Shown here piece by piece: positions 40,116 to 50,207 of a stretch of DNA of 64,000 nt; positions within the stretch are counted from its first letter, which is position 1; each line of letters opens with the position of its first letter. Source of the DNA: a virus. A program made the position numbers and the translations under genes. The DNA lies in IMG/VR virus record IMGVR_UViG_3300027902_000008, positions 28,941 to 92,940 of that record; one strand, written 5' to 3'. The notes under the pieces were generated by a model. That model did not search any database. It saw only the letters and a program-made list of their open reading frames with translations, and was not told the DNA's origin.

Positions 40116-41758
40116 AATGATTAAATATGAATATATTAACTTCAGATTGGTGAAACGCAACTTAAAGACTAATATGTATTATGTAGAATCTAAGAAAGGT
40201 ATCTTTCTTGGACATATCAAATGGTTTGGTAGATGGAGGCAATATGCTTTCTTTCCATTTAAAGATACCGTATTTACCTGTGGTTGCTTAGATGATATTA
40301 AAGACTTTATAAAAGGCATTAAAAGAAGGAGGTAGCAATGATAAATAAGGTATATGATTCAATAGGACATTTATTCAAAGCAGTGCTGGCAAAGGATATA
40401 AGGTTTGATGCCGATGTTGAGTTTGGTAGTATCAACCAAATAATTGATTGTTGTATGATGGGTAAAAGTGGTTGGGGTGGAAAAAGCTGGGCTATAGCAG
40501 GTTACCTGCAAGATGAAGCAGTATTGAATACTATTTATGAAGCATTAATTATATTGCGTGATAAGGCAGAAGAAAAGTATCAGGTGATTATTAAAACTAT
40601 GCTTGAAAGAATAGATGAGCACCTACCAAATATTGAAAAATACATCAGTGATTTGGTTGCTAATGATAAATTAGAATGGTAAAGAAAATACGCTTTCCTA
40701 AAATTAGTTTTAATGATTACTTCTCGCACTCAGTTAAGAAGGAAAGGTCAGTTATTGATTATGAAGGTCTTCTTGTTGAGAACAGCAAGGATATTGAGAA
40801 GCACTCTTTAAAGAAGATACACAGAAGAAGTAAGATTCAACAAACACAGCAAAGACAGAAGTTGCAAGAGGAAGGCATTTTATTATAAGGAGGGAATATG
40901 GAAGATGATATTAAATTACAAGATGTTTTAAACAGAGTAGAGATTGCAAGGAAGATAATTGAATCACAAAATTTTACAAATGAACAGGTTACTCAGTTAT
41001 GCGGTTATCTTGGTTTCAATGACACTGCTTTTAAAACCCTGCCATCTGAGAGAAAGTTAAAAGACTATTTATTAGATAAAAACTATTGGATAGAAAGGTT
41101 TAAATCTAATTCGCCAAAGGAGTAATTATGCAGTGTCTTAATGAGAATGATGAAGGTAGTAAGTATGGCGAGTTCTGCAAATTAGGTTATAAGCTGTGTT
41201 TGGAAGAAAGATGTCCAGACTATAAACCAAGAGAAGGACAGTTGGAAGATGCCTGAGAAAGAACGTAATGATGCCATAGCAGAGGTAGATTGCAAGCGTA
41301 AGCCAGAGTGTTGTAAGAATCCCAGATGGGTTAATCAGTTTGGTGATAAAGACTGCTGGTGTATTAACTGCGGTAAGAGGTGTATGGAATGTAGGGAGGA
41401 TTATTTAAGGACATAGGTATGAAGATTAACTGTGATAAGTGCAAGAAGCAGATATTAGAACAAGGAGCATTAATATTCTCTCCTCCATTCTATTTGACTA
41501 AGGCAATAGAGACTGAGTTTTCTAATATGGGTTATGATTGCCTAACAGTTAGGAAAATACATCTTTGTAAAGATTGTTGGAAGTTATTACTAAGGTGGTT
41601 GTTCAAATGATATATTGCCCTAATTGTGAGAAAGCTACACAAGAAAATATAAGTGTTAAAGACGAAGCAAGCTATAGAATCACTACTACAAAATGCTCTA
41701 TATGCAACTCAATCCTTGTGTTAGTAATGCGTTTAATTAAAAAAGTTGAAAAAAATAC

Positions 41759-41787
41759 TTGACACGCATATAGTAATATGTTAAGTT
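41759..41787 (+). promoter_or_regulatory. Sigma70-like promoter upstream of the head-gene region
   Basis: TTGACA 41759-64, 17 nt, extended -10 TG-T-TAAGTT. Confidence 0.65.
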
Positions 41788-41859
41788 TAAAATAGAAGTT
41801 GGGGGAAAGGTTATGAGTTGTTAACTAATCCCGAAACAAAGGTATCATTCTATCTGATG

Positions 41860-41899
41860 CCCTTACTGTCTCTACTGACGGAGATGGCAAGGGTTTTTT
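41860..41899 (+). terminator. Leader intrinsic terminator
   Basis: CCCTTACTGTCTC...GAGATGGCAAGGG followed by TTTTTT. Confidence 0.6.
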
Positions 41900-41918
41900 G
41901 TTTATAAGGAGGATTAAA

Positions 41919-42938
41919 ATGGAAAAAGTTGTAATCACTATTGAGAAGCTTAAAGAACTTTGTCCGAAGTGTGCGGATAATGCAATTAAGAAATTTAACA
42001 GTCCTAAGAATGTTAAAATCAGCAAATCTGATTATGACTGGTTAATGATGAAACAGGATGGTAGACCACCTAAAGATTGGTGGGATAGATGTGTTGAATC
42101 TGTTAGCCAAAATGAATCTGTTGATGACCCATCAGCATTATGCGGATATATTTGGCAAGAAAAGGGTGAAGATGAAGAAGCTAAAGTTCCTGATACAGAA
42201 GATTCAATGGAAGCAGTAAAGGCAAAGATGAAAGCAGATGAATGCGTTACCAAACTAAAGAAAGATATGGAAAAAGTTATGGATTGGAGAAAATGTGGTA
42301 TTCCTCTCAGTAAAGAACAAGAAGCATTCGCAGAAAGAGTTGCAGATGAGATGATTGCATTAAGGACTTCTCATCAGGCAGGAATCCAGATTATCAGTAA
42401 GTCTCACGTTAACTTTATAAAAGGTATGCAACCAGTGCTTGGTTCTGAAAGAGCAGGTGCTTGTGAGCAAGATGTAGTGGCTAATACTGGTTCAAAAAGT
42501 GGCAAGTTTCCCAGAAAAACTGAAGAGGATGAAGATGAAGTAATAAAGGTTGCCAAGCCCAGCGGAGTAAAACCTGCTGAAGTTCCTATATCTGCTCCAA
42601 CTGATGGAAACTTTCCAAGGAAAACCCCTGATGTTCAGAATATCAAATTGTCTGAACCAGACAATCAAAAAGAAGGGGAAGTAAATGACACAATAAAAGA
42701 TGAAAAGATTGGACATCAACCTAATGAACCTATGCCCAAGAAGATGGCTGAAGAGTTAATCGCCAATGCTAATTGGGGGGTTGAAGTAGGTGCCTATACC
42801 AATGTCAAAGAAGGTATTGAAAGACAGCTTGGTAGGAAAGCATATGCGGAGTTTATTGACACTGATGATAAAATGAAAGGCGTTGTTGCCTATTTAAATA
42901 GTCTTATAAAAGATACAGAAGCAGTTCCAGTTGCATAG
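41919..42938 (+). CDS. Putative head-associated protein
   Basis: AAGGAGG RBS; GRPPKDWWDRCV...DPSALCG.IW; internal FPRKT repeat. Confidence 0.55.
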   Translation: MEKVVITIEKLKELCPKCADNAIKKFNSPKNVKISKSDYDWLMMKQDGRPPKDWWDRCVESVSQNESVDDPSALCGYIWQEKGEDEEAKVPDTEDSMEAVKAKMKADECVTKLKKDMEKVMDWRKCGIPLSKEQEAFAERVADEMIALRTSHQAGIQIISKSHVNFIKGMQPVLGSERAGACEQDVVANTGSKSGKFPRKTEEDEDEVIKVAKPSGVKPAEVPISAPTDGNFPRKTPDVQNIKLSEPDNQKEGEVNDTIKDEKIGHQPNEPMPKKMAEELIANANWGVEVGAYTNVKEGIERQLGRKAYAEFIDTDDKMKGVVAYLNSLIKDTEAVPVA

Positions 42939-42946
42939 GAGGATAT

Positions 42947-43066
42947 ATGAAAATAATCAGCATTATAAAGAATGGCAAAAGGGTAGACATACCCCAAGCC
43001 GAGTTTCAGAAAATGTTAGAGAAAACGAACGAATCATTAAGGAAGGAACAAAAAGATGAGGTATGA
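42947..43066 (+). CDS. 39-aa protein carrying the shared N-terminal leader (not in ORF track)
   Basis: AGGAGG RBS; MKIISIIKNGKRVDIPQAEFQKM... Confidence 0.6.
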   Translation: MKIISIIKNGKRVDIPQAEFQKMLEKTNESLRKEQKDEV

Positions 43067-43229
43067 TATTTTAGAGGAGATGCGATGAAAGAGGAAAACC
43101 CAGTATGAAGATTTGTATTAATTGCGGTAATACTAATGAAGATAATTTAGACCAATGTTCTAAGTGCGGAAAGCCTATAAAGAAAGAGGAGATAGTTAAC
43201 GCACCAATACCAGAACCTAATAAGGAGAT

Positions 43230-43652
43230 TTGATGGATTCAGCAAGAGCATTGGGAAAAGCAGGTGAATTAAGAGTTCAATCTGAATTGCTCTTAAGAAA
43301 CATAAACTCTGCTGTTGTTGTATTAGATGATGGTTGTGATTTGATACTTGATAGTGGTAAGAAATTACAGGTTAAAGCTTGCCGTAAAGGTGAAAGGACT
43401 AAATATATGTTTACTTTTATGTCAGGCACATATAGAGCTAAAGATGGACATAGATTTAAAAAGCCACAAGATTTATCTAAGGTTGATTTTGTAATATGTT
43501 GGTGCGTAGAAGATAATTGGTTTCTTATCATACCTGCTGAAGAAATAACAGGAAGTAGTATGGTAATACATTGCAAAGATTTCCCAAATAAAACTAAGTC
43601 AAAATATATCAAGTATTTAAACGGTTGGGGAAAACTAAAAGGGGAGGTGTAA
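43230..43652 (+). CDS. PD-(D/E)XK endonuclease (homing-type)
   Basis: GKAGE..V..ELL; DLI.....LQVK; DFVI.......FLIIP. Confidence 0.8.
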   Translation: MMDSARALGKAGELRVQSELLLRNINSAVVVLDDGCDLILDSGKKLQVKACRKGERTKYMFTFMSGTYRAKDGHRFKKPQDLSKVDFVICWCVEDNWFLIIPAEEITGSSMVIHCKDFPNKTKSKYIKYLNGWGKLKGEV

Positions 43653-43653
43653 T

Positions 43654-44643
43654 ATGTTGAATTTAAGAGAGTCAACCCTGTTTACTGCTAATCACACAGG
43701 TGATTCAGCATTTGCAGGGCTACACTATGGATGGGTCAAATATGCTACGTCAGGTTGGAGTGGTTTCTCAGGATGGAGTGGCTGGGGACAGGATGGCGTA
43801 AACTTAGCCAGAAAGATAGCAGTTATTAACGTTGCTACTATTCCAGCTGATGGTGAAACCATAGTAGTTGGCGGAAAGACCTATACATTCAAGAATACAG
43901 CCTTGACATCAACACAGATTAAAATTGGTAACTTAGTTACAAACGGTGATTTCGCAAGCCTTACTCAAGCTTGGCTAAATATGGGAAATTGGACTATAAC
44001 AGCTGGTAAAGCAACCCATACACCCATACCTGGCACTGGAACTCCTGTTGTCGCAGAATACATACAGCCATTGAAACAGATATGGGTTCCGCAAGTGATA
44101 GTAGGATATACCTATGTAACAGGATTTACAGTTACCAACAGGTCTAAAGGTCAAGTCCAGATTAAAATAGGTGGAGTTTTAGGAACTGCAAGAACAACCA
44201 ATGCTACTTTCTCACAATCTATAGTGGCATTAACATCAGAGGATTTACAGTTTGTTCCCGATAAAGACTTTGATGGTGAAATCTCAGCTGTGACTGTTAC
44301 TGAAAGCCACGCAGACATTAAAGGTATGACAGCACAAGCAATAGCAGATAGAATCAATCTTGATACTGTTCTTGCTCTATGCACTGCCTACACAGGATTA
44401 AATGCAACTGGTGTTTCAACTTATGTAGTTTTGATTTCCAATAATGTTGGTGCCGTTGCTGCTCCTACTTTCACTGCTGACTTAACCAAGGTTGTGGCTT
44501 TGATAGCATTTACTTTGACTTTAACAGAAGCACAGTTGGAGAATGTGTTGTATTGGAAGAAAGACCCGACAGTTGAAACAGACTGTATCCCAGTTGTTCT
44601 TGTTGAGAGAAACTCTGGAACTTGGCACAACTTCCTCTATTAA
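43654..44643 (+). CDS. Putative virion structural protein with carbohydrate-binding-like insert
   Basis: Thr/Ala/Gly-rich beta-type sequence; NLVTNGDF module; SGWSGFSGWSGWG near the N-terminus. Confidence 0.55.
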   Translation: MLNLRESTLFTANHTGDSAFAGLHYGWVKYATSGWSGFSGWSGWGQDGVNLARKIAVINVATIPADGETIVVGGKTYTFKNTALTSTQIKIGNLVTNGDFASLTQAWLNMGNWTITAGKATHTPIPGTGTPVVAEYIQPLKQIWVPQVIVGYTYVTGFTVTNRSKGQVQIKIGGVLGTARTTNATFSQSIVALTSEDLQFVPDKDFDGEISAVTVTESHADIKGMTAQAIADRINLDTVLALCTAYTGLNATGVSTYVVLISNNVGAVAAPTFTADLTKVVALIAFTLTLTEAQLENVLYWKKDPTVETDCIPVVLVERNSGTWHNFLY

Positions 44644-44661
44644 AATGGAGAGAGGAAACTG

Positions 44662-45210
44662 ATGACTAAGATAATATCAATATGCAAAGATGGAGTTAGA
44701 TACGATATTCCATTAAAAGATTACTCAAAAATTGGTATGGGTAATTCTGGTGGTGAACGTGGAGTATCAAGTTTGTCTAAACAAGAGCCTATTGCGGAAG
44801 ATAAGCCAGTAATAAGCAGGGGTGCTATTGTAACCCTGAAAGGACATAAAGGCAAAGTGCTTGATACTGAGGGCGATGAAGCTACGGTCAGTTGGGAAGA
44901 TGCTTCAATATCTAAAGTCCCAATTGCAAGCCTTCAGTATGTAGGTAGGGTTGAGAAAGGCGGTCCTGGAAGTGGGAGACATCCAGAGGGTGGTGAAACT
45001 CGTGCTGAGTCCAAGGCAGGATATGACAGATTCAAAAAACCAGGAGATAAGCCATATCCGAAAAATGTTGGAGAAGCAAAACAAAGAAGATGGATTGTAG
45101 GAAATGACCCAAAGTTAGGTGGTTCAAGTGCCAGCAGGGCAGGTCGTGTAGCAGGTGCAAGGTTTGGGGATGCTGGTGGTTTTGTGCCTAATAAAGCAAG
45201 AGGAAAATAA
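44662..45210 (+). CDS. Putative head-internal protein
   Basis: Leader MTKIISICKDGVRYDIP; SH3-like segment; EKGGPGSGRH motif. Confidence 0.5.
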   Translation: MTKIISICKDGVRYDIPLKDYSKIGMGNSGGERGVSSLSKQEPIAEDKPVISRGAIVTLKGHKGKVLDTEGDEATVSWEDASISKVPIASLQYVGRVEKGGPGSGRHPEGGETRAESKAGYDRFKKPGDKPYPKNVGEAKQRRWIVGNDPKLGGSSASRAGRVAGARFGDAGGFVPNKARGK

Positions 45211-45371
45211 TGATTAAGATAGTTCTACACGCAATAGGATATGCATTTTTGGCTTTCAGTGTTATAGGGTTTATTGAGACAGGTATCGGTTTAGCAACCA
45301 ATAAGTCCTATACTTTACTGAAAGTCATTATATATTGCTCTTTGTTTGGAATAGGCTTGGCTCTTTTATAG
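45210..45371 (+). CDS. 53-aa two-TM membrane protein (not in ORF track)
   Basis: TAATG coupling to the upstream gene; two hydrophobic segments. Confidence 0.5.
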   Translation: MIKIVLHAIGYAFLAFSVIGFIETGIGLATNKSYTLLKVIIYCSLFGIGLALL

Positions 45372-45373
45372 AT

Positions 45374-45572
45374 TTGGCGGAGTTTGGCAAAAAAGGTTAG
45401 TTCTAATCTCTAAATGAGATAACTAACACACAAATTACGCTATGTAGGGGATAACGTCCTGCTTGGTTAATTCCAAGAGGCAGTCTCTACTCCGCCAAGC
45501 GATTGTGATGTGCCAGCAGAGAGGTTTAAAACAAGCTGGTTAAAGATTAGATACGCCACCTCTCAGCGTATC
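45374..45572 (+). ncRNA. Candidate structured ncRNA with kissing-loop domain
   Basis: TTGGCGGAGT/ACTCCGCCAA closing stem with inner hairpins, then two hairpins with complementary loops. Confidence 0.55.
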
Positions 45573-45808
45573 CGTTATATTCTTTTATACTCAATTCAAG
45601 CATTTAGCAATATAGCTAATTTACTAAATTAGCATAATTCACTAACTTTATGAATTGCGATGGAAAAGAAATTTACAATTATAACAGGACACGGAAAGAT
45701 AGATTTCATACAAAAGGCGGATGGCAAGTTAGAACTGCTATCTGTAAGCGGAAGACCTATGCCTATTAAAGCGAAGACAGGGAAGTTGGGGAAAGCCGAG
45801 GTAAAGCA

Positions 45809-46453
45809 ATGAAAGTTGTTACCTATATTCACAAAGGTAAGGTGAAGACAATATCCCTTGATGACCTTCGCAAGATGAAGGTTGAGTTAACTCAGCAATG
45901 GGAGAATATATGTAAGAACTGCGGTAAGTGTTGTTTTGACAAAACCTTGAGTAGTAAGGGTGTATTGTTAATAAACTACAATAAACCCTGTCAATATCTA
46001 AAGTTTATAGGAAGGAAGGCACAATGCACAGTTTATAATAAAAGGTTTGACTTCTGTGAAAAATGCAATACAATACCAGAAGCCATACAAAAACGTTATT
46101 TACCAGCCGATTGTCCTTATGTGAAATCGGTTGTTTCATATAAAGCACCCATTGATGATGGTAATTGGTTTAAGAAAGCAAGAACAAGATTCGGTAGGTT
46201 TGATGATGAAGCACCGTCAGTAAGCGTAGATATGCCAACTGGCGGAACTCGCAATATGCCAGCACCTTTACCACCGAGAATAACCTCAATGGAGGCACAG
46301 AATCTTGCAAGAGAAGACCTTGCCAAACCTAAAGATTGGAAACGCAGGATGCTGGAAAGAAAGAAAAGGTCAGAAGGTAAGGCAGGAATGTTAGACCCAA
46401 GAGAAAAGACAGATTACAACATTAAGCCGAGTGGACACGCACTTGGGGGATAA
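45809..46453 (+). CDS. YcgN/YkgJ-like cysteine-cluster protein with N-terminal leader
   Basis: WE..C..CGKCC..K; PC.YL; C.VY..RF...C; LP.DCPYV. Confidence 0.7.
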   Translation: MKVVTYIHKGKVKTISLDDLRKMKVELTQQWENICKNCGKCCFDKTLSSKGVLLINYNKPCQYLKFIGRKAQCTVYNKRFDFCEKCNTIPEAIQKRYLPADCPYVKSVVSYKAPIDDGNWFKKARTRFGRFDDEAPSVSVDMPTGGTRNMPAPLPPRITSMEAQNLAREDLAKPKDWKRRMLERKKRSEGKAGMLDPREKTDYNIKPSGHALGG

Positions 46454-46465
46454 GGGAGGTGAAAT

Positions 46466-46633
46466 ATGTGGGCTAAATTACCAGGATGGGTTCGTTGGTT
46501 AATCAAATTGCTCATCATCATTATCATCTGTGTGTTGTTAAAGGTAGACCTTAATCTTAATATTGGAGTTCTGAAGTTGAATGCCAATATTGGATTTAAG
46601 GGTATTAGTTTCAATCAGACATTAGTTAATTAG
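46466..46633 (+). CDS. 55-aa membrane protein (not in ORF track)
   Basis: GGGAGGTGA RBS; MWAKLPGWVRWLIKLLIIIIICVLLK... Confidence 0.6.
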   Translation: MWAKLPGWVRWLIKLLIIIIICVLLKVDLNLNIGVLKLNANIGFKGISFNQTLVN

Positions 46634-46650
46634 AAAAGGAGGATTCAAGA

Positions 46651-47475
46651 ATGAAGAAATCAGCATTAGTTGTATTGGTATTAGCATTATGCTTCAGTTT
46701 TGCTTATGCAAATGAAGCAGTTAAGGATAAGTTAGTAGTTGGGGTTGAATACAACTCAGGTAAGAAGAATATTGAAAATCTTAATGTTGTTCAATTAGGG
46801 TTAGGTGATTTTCTTGGTGCTTCACTTGTTTTAAAAACAGATGATGTAAAGGTTAATCAATATTTGACAACGATTGGCTATAAGGTTTCTGATAATCTGA
46901 TACCTTATGCAATCCTTGGTTATTCAAATATAGGTCTTGACCAAAGTCTCAATGGCTCAATTACACTCCCGTGGTTTAGTGATTCAATAGACCTTACTCA
47001 ATCTGAAATAAAACAAGGTGCACTCACCTATGGTCTTGGTGCAAATGGTAAGTTAGCGGAAATCAAGGGTATTACAATTGGTTATGACGCAAGATACCTA
47101 ATGGCTAATTTGACAGAAAAAGACCAAAGCATTCTATTGCTTTCTGATATTGCTTTAAATGACACTCAGAAACTTGATTATGCTGAATTGGATTTGTCAA
47201 TTATTGCAAGTAAAGAAATAGCAATTAAAGATAATAAAATTGTTAAGGCAATTACGCCTTACGTCGGTTATCAGTTCTCTCAAGTTAATCTCAAGAAAAA
47301 GGATAACATCACATTAGATTGTTTATCCGTAGGAACAGAGGCTAACTTAACTGGTAATACCAATAGTGCTTTAGTTGGTGCCAGTTTTAAGTTAAGTGAT
47401 AATCTATCTGTTTCAGCAGGTGCGGTAATCAACAAAAATATAGGTGTTCAGGCAAAAGCAGTTTATTCATTCTAA
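46651..47475 (+). CDS. Outer-membrane beta-barrel protein
   Basis: Sec signal peptide MKKSALVVLVLALCFSFAYA; alternating amphipathic strands; C-terminal beta-signal ..AKAVYSF. Confidence 0.75.
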   Translation: MKKSALVVLVLALCFSFAYANEAVKDKLVVGVEYNSGKKNIENLNVVQLGLGDFLGASLVLKTDDVKVNQYLTTIGYKVSDNLIPYAILGYSNIGLDQSLNGSITLPWFSDSIDLTQSEIKQGALTYGLGANGKLAEIKGITIGYDARYLMANLTEKDQSILLLSDIALNDTQKLDYAELDLSIIASKEIAIKDNKIVKAITPYVGYQFSQVNLKKKDNITLDCLSVGTEANLTGNTNSALVGASFKLSDNLSVSAGAVINKNIGVQAKAVYSF

Positions 47476-47478
47476 ATA

Positions 47479-47510
47479 GGAGTGGCAGGTGGCTAATAAC
47501 TACCTGCCTC
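47479..47510 (+). terminator. Hairpin after the beta-barrel gene
   Basis: GGCAGGTGG-CTAATA-ACTACCTGCC; no long U tract. Confidence 0.4.
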
Positions 47511-47519
47511 CGTAATCAT

Positions 47520-47777
47520 ATGTTAAAAACTCTTAATGCTCTTTATAAAGATAGGATAGAAAAGGTTTGGACTGAATCTGCCAGAGAAGCAAGTGCTGAA
47601 GCCAGAAGAGGTGGTAGTGCTATAATTACATCTTCAGATGCACAAAGGCACTTTGGTGTAGAACCAAAGACCCTTATACCAAGATATAAACCTATGAAAT
47701 TAAAGTCTGCTATAGATAGAAATACTTATAATGTTCATAGTTTTGGGATGGGTGCATATTTGGTAAAACCAGCTTAA
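47520..47777 (+). CDS. Putative head-internal protein A
   Basis: N-terminus MLKTLNALYKDRIEKVWTESAREASAEARR shared with the next gene. Confidence 0.6.
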   Translation: MLKTLNALYKDRIEKVWTESAREASAEARRGGSAIITSSDAQRHFGVEPKTLIPRYKPMKLKSAIDRNTYNVHSFGMGAYLVKPA

Positions 47778-47780
47778 TAA

Positions 47781-48050
47781 ATGTTTAAAACTCTGAATAC
47801 TTTATATAAAGAAAGAATAAGCAAGGCTTGGACAGAAGAAGCGAGAAGAGCCAGTGCCGAATCACGCAGTAAAGATATTGATAGAGCATCCAATAAGATA
47901 ATTGGTAGAGTTAGTAGATGGTCTGGAGTAAAACAGTTTACTCCTAACTACATTAGTAATGAGATTGCTCATCACGTTGCACAAAATCCTCATCTTAAAG
48001 GATATGAGAAAGATATATACGAATCAATAAAGACTAAGATGGGTTCATAA
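47781..48050 (+). CDS. Putative head-internal protein B
   Basis: MFKTLNTLYKERISKAWTEEARRASAESRS. Confidence 0.6.
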   Translation: MFKTLNTLYKERISKAWTEEARRASAESRSKDIDRASNKIIGRVSRWSGVKQFTPNYISNEIAHHVAQNPHLKGYEKDIYESIKTKMGS

Positions 48051-48063
48051 TAAGGAGGATAAA

Positions 48064-49857
48064 ATGGGGTTCTTTACAAGGACGTTTAGCCCAGTAATAA
48101 AAGCAATTAATAGAGAAGTTGGTATTCGTGGTGCAGACCCACGCAAAGGAAATTTCCAATGGCTTGCAGGACTGCCTTCTAAGAAGGTTCTTAAGCCTAT
48201 TGTAATAAATGCCTATACTCTAAAATCTCTATCTAATACAGACCCTATCACTTGGGCGATTAAAGCTACAAGGAAAGCACAAGTAACCCAGACTGAATGG
48301 GATATTGTTAGAGATACTGAGAACATTGAGTTAGAGCTTGATAGGTGGTTAAACGTTATAATGAGTAATCTTAATCCTTGGGGATTTGAGGAAGTTTTCC
48401 ACCCTATACTTATCAATAGAGATTTATATTTAAAGGCTTCAAATGATATTAAGAACATTTTAAAAACAACAATAGTTGCAAAAGATGACAGAAAGAAACA
48501 GTTAAAATGGTATTTTGAAAGCCTTAAGAGAAAAGTAAAGCAAGATGCTGATGAACACGCACAGATAGTAAAGCGTATCTTTGAAAGACCAAATGACAGC
48601 GAAACCAAAACCTTTAGAAGTTTTATAGAAGTATTGATAGATGATATTCTCACCTTTGATGCTGGATGCATAGTTAAGAATAAAAACTTTATGGGAGAAC
48701 TTGCTGAGTTATACTTAGTGCCTGGGCAGGATATAAAACTTTATCGCAATCCAGATAGAACTGCTCCTAAACCACCTGAACCTGCTTATGTCTGGGAAGA
48801 CCAAGGCACATTAAGGGCAGAATATAATAAAGATGAACTTGTTTACATTATGTCTAATCCGCAACAGAATGGTTATGGTATGTCGCCGTTGGAAGTTGCT
48901 GCTTACATCATAACAGCATCTCTTTATGCTGATGAATACAATATAGACTTCTTCAAGCATTCAAATGTCCCTCCTGCAATATTTAATCTCGGTAAAAACA
49001 TAACTCAAGAACAAAGAAAGCAATTTGAAACTTCTTGGGATAATGAAGTCGCTGGTAAGGGACTTCATAAGATGATGTTTTTGTCAGGAGCAGATTCTCC
49101 GCAATATGTTCCTATGCGTAATATGAGTTCCAGAGATATGCAGATGATGGAATATCTCAAGTGGACTCTTCAAATCAAATGTGCTTGTTATCAAATATCT
49201 CCTCAAGATATAGGATTTGTTGCTGACTTCCATAGAACCACTTCACAAACCCAAAGAGAAATCAGCAAGGAAAGAGGTATTAGAAATATCTTGACTTTGC
49301 TTGAAAATACTTTTAACACAGAGATAGTTAAAAGAGAATTTCCCTTTAAAGATGTTAAGTTCCAATGGATTGGTATGGATTTACAGGATGAAAAAGTCCA
49401 ATCCGAGATAGATATAAATGATATTAACTCAGGGGTTATAAGTAGAAATGATAGACGCAAAAGATTAGGTATGCCTGCCGTAGAAGGCGGAGATGCCATA
49501 CTTGTTAATGTTGGTGCTAATCAAATGGTTCCGATTGAAGAATTAGTTCCTCCTGAAGAAACTCCTGAAGCAACGCAGCCATTAGAAGTTGCTATGCAGG
49601 GTAAGGAAGCTACTGGGACTGATACTAACCTTGCAGATAAAAAGAATGTAGCAGTGGACGAAACAGTTGATAGAACTACCAAACCAGATGTAAAGCCAGC
49701 AGTTACTAATGCTAAACCAATGACAGATAAAGATAAGGTTAAGATAGTGCGTATGGTAGTTGCCTATAGCCAGCAAGACAAGATTGAGAAGGCTATGGAA
49801 ACTCTTAAGGGTCAAGGTTTGGGAGATAATGAAATAAAAATTACTCTGGAGGAATAA
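48064..49857 (+). CDS. Portal protein
   Basis: RPN...F......D.L.FD.G; YGMSPLE; FF..SN.P; DMQ..EY; SP.DIG; ..N..R..LG.P.VEGGD. Confidence 0.9.
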   Translation: MGFFTRTFSPVIKAINREVGIRGADPRKGNFQWLAGLPSKKVLKPIVINAYTLKSLSNTDPITWAIKATRKAQVTQTEWDIVRDTENIELELDRWLNVIMSNLNPWGFEEVFHPILINRDLYLKASNDIKNILKTTIVAKDDRKKQLKWYFESLKRKVKQDADEHAQIVKRIFERPNDSETKTFRSFIEVLIDDILTFDAGCIVKNKNFMGELAELYLVPGQDIKLYRNPDRTAPKPPEPAYVWEDQGTLRAEYNKDELVYIMSNPQQNGYGMSPLEVAAYIITASLYADEYNIDFFKHSNVPPAIFNLGKNITQEQRKQFETSWDNEVAGKGLHKMMFLSGADSPQYVPMRNMSSRDMQMMEYLKWTLQIKCACYQISPQDIGFVADFHRTTSQTQREISKERGIRNILTLLENTFNTEIVKREFPFKDVKFQWIGMDLQDEKVQSEIDINDINSGVISRNDRRKRLGMPAVEGGDAILVNVGANQMVPIEELVPPEETPEATQPLEVAMQGKEATGTDTNLADKKNVAVDETVDRTTKPDVKPAVTNAKPMTDKDKVKIVRMVVAYSQQDKIEKAMETLKGQGLGDNEIKITLEE

Positions 49858-50207
49858 TGGGTAAAAGATTTCTTATAAAGATGAGTGAAAAGGGCGGAGT
49901 GGTTGAAATTCCTCTTGAAAGATATACAATGTCTGGTGAGCCAAAAGAGATTACTTTAGAAGAAGTAACTAAGATAGGAGATTCTTTGGGTATTAACTGG
50001 AAAGACATTGACGCAGATGAGTTATTGGCAGGAACAAAGCACGAAGCAGAAGAACATCCGTCAGTTATAAAGAACTCAACTCAGGCAGTTCAGGTTGCTT
50101 ATGACCACTTAAAAGAGATACCAGATTACTATACAAGGTTGAAAACAATAGAAGCAGATGATGAAACAATATCTGTTTTAGGCGATAAAGGAGATTTGCC
50201 TGAATGA
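49857..50207 (+). CDS. DUF5661-like protein
   Basis: G..HE.EEH ... A.DHLKEIPDYYTRL. Confidence 0.7.
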   Translation: MGKRFLIKMSEKGGVVEIPLERYTMSGEPKEITLEEVTKIGDSLGINWKDIDADELLAGTKHEAEEHPSVIKNSTQAVQVAYDHLKEIPDYYTRLKTIEADDETISVLGDKGDLPE

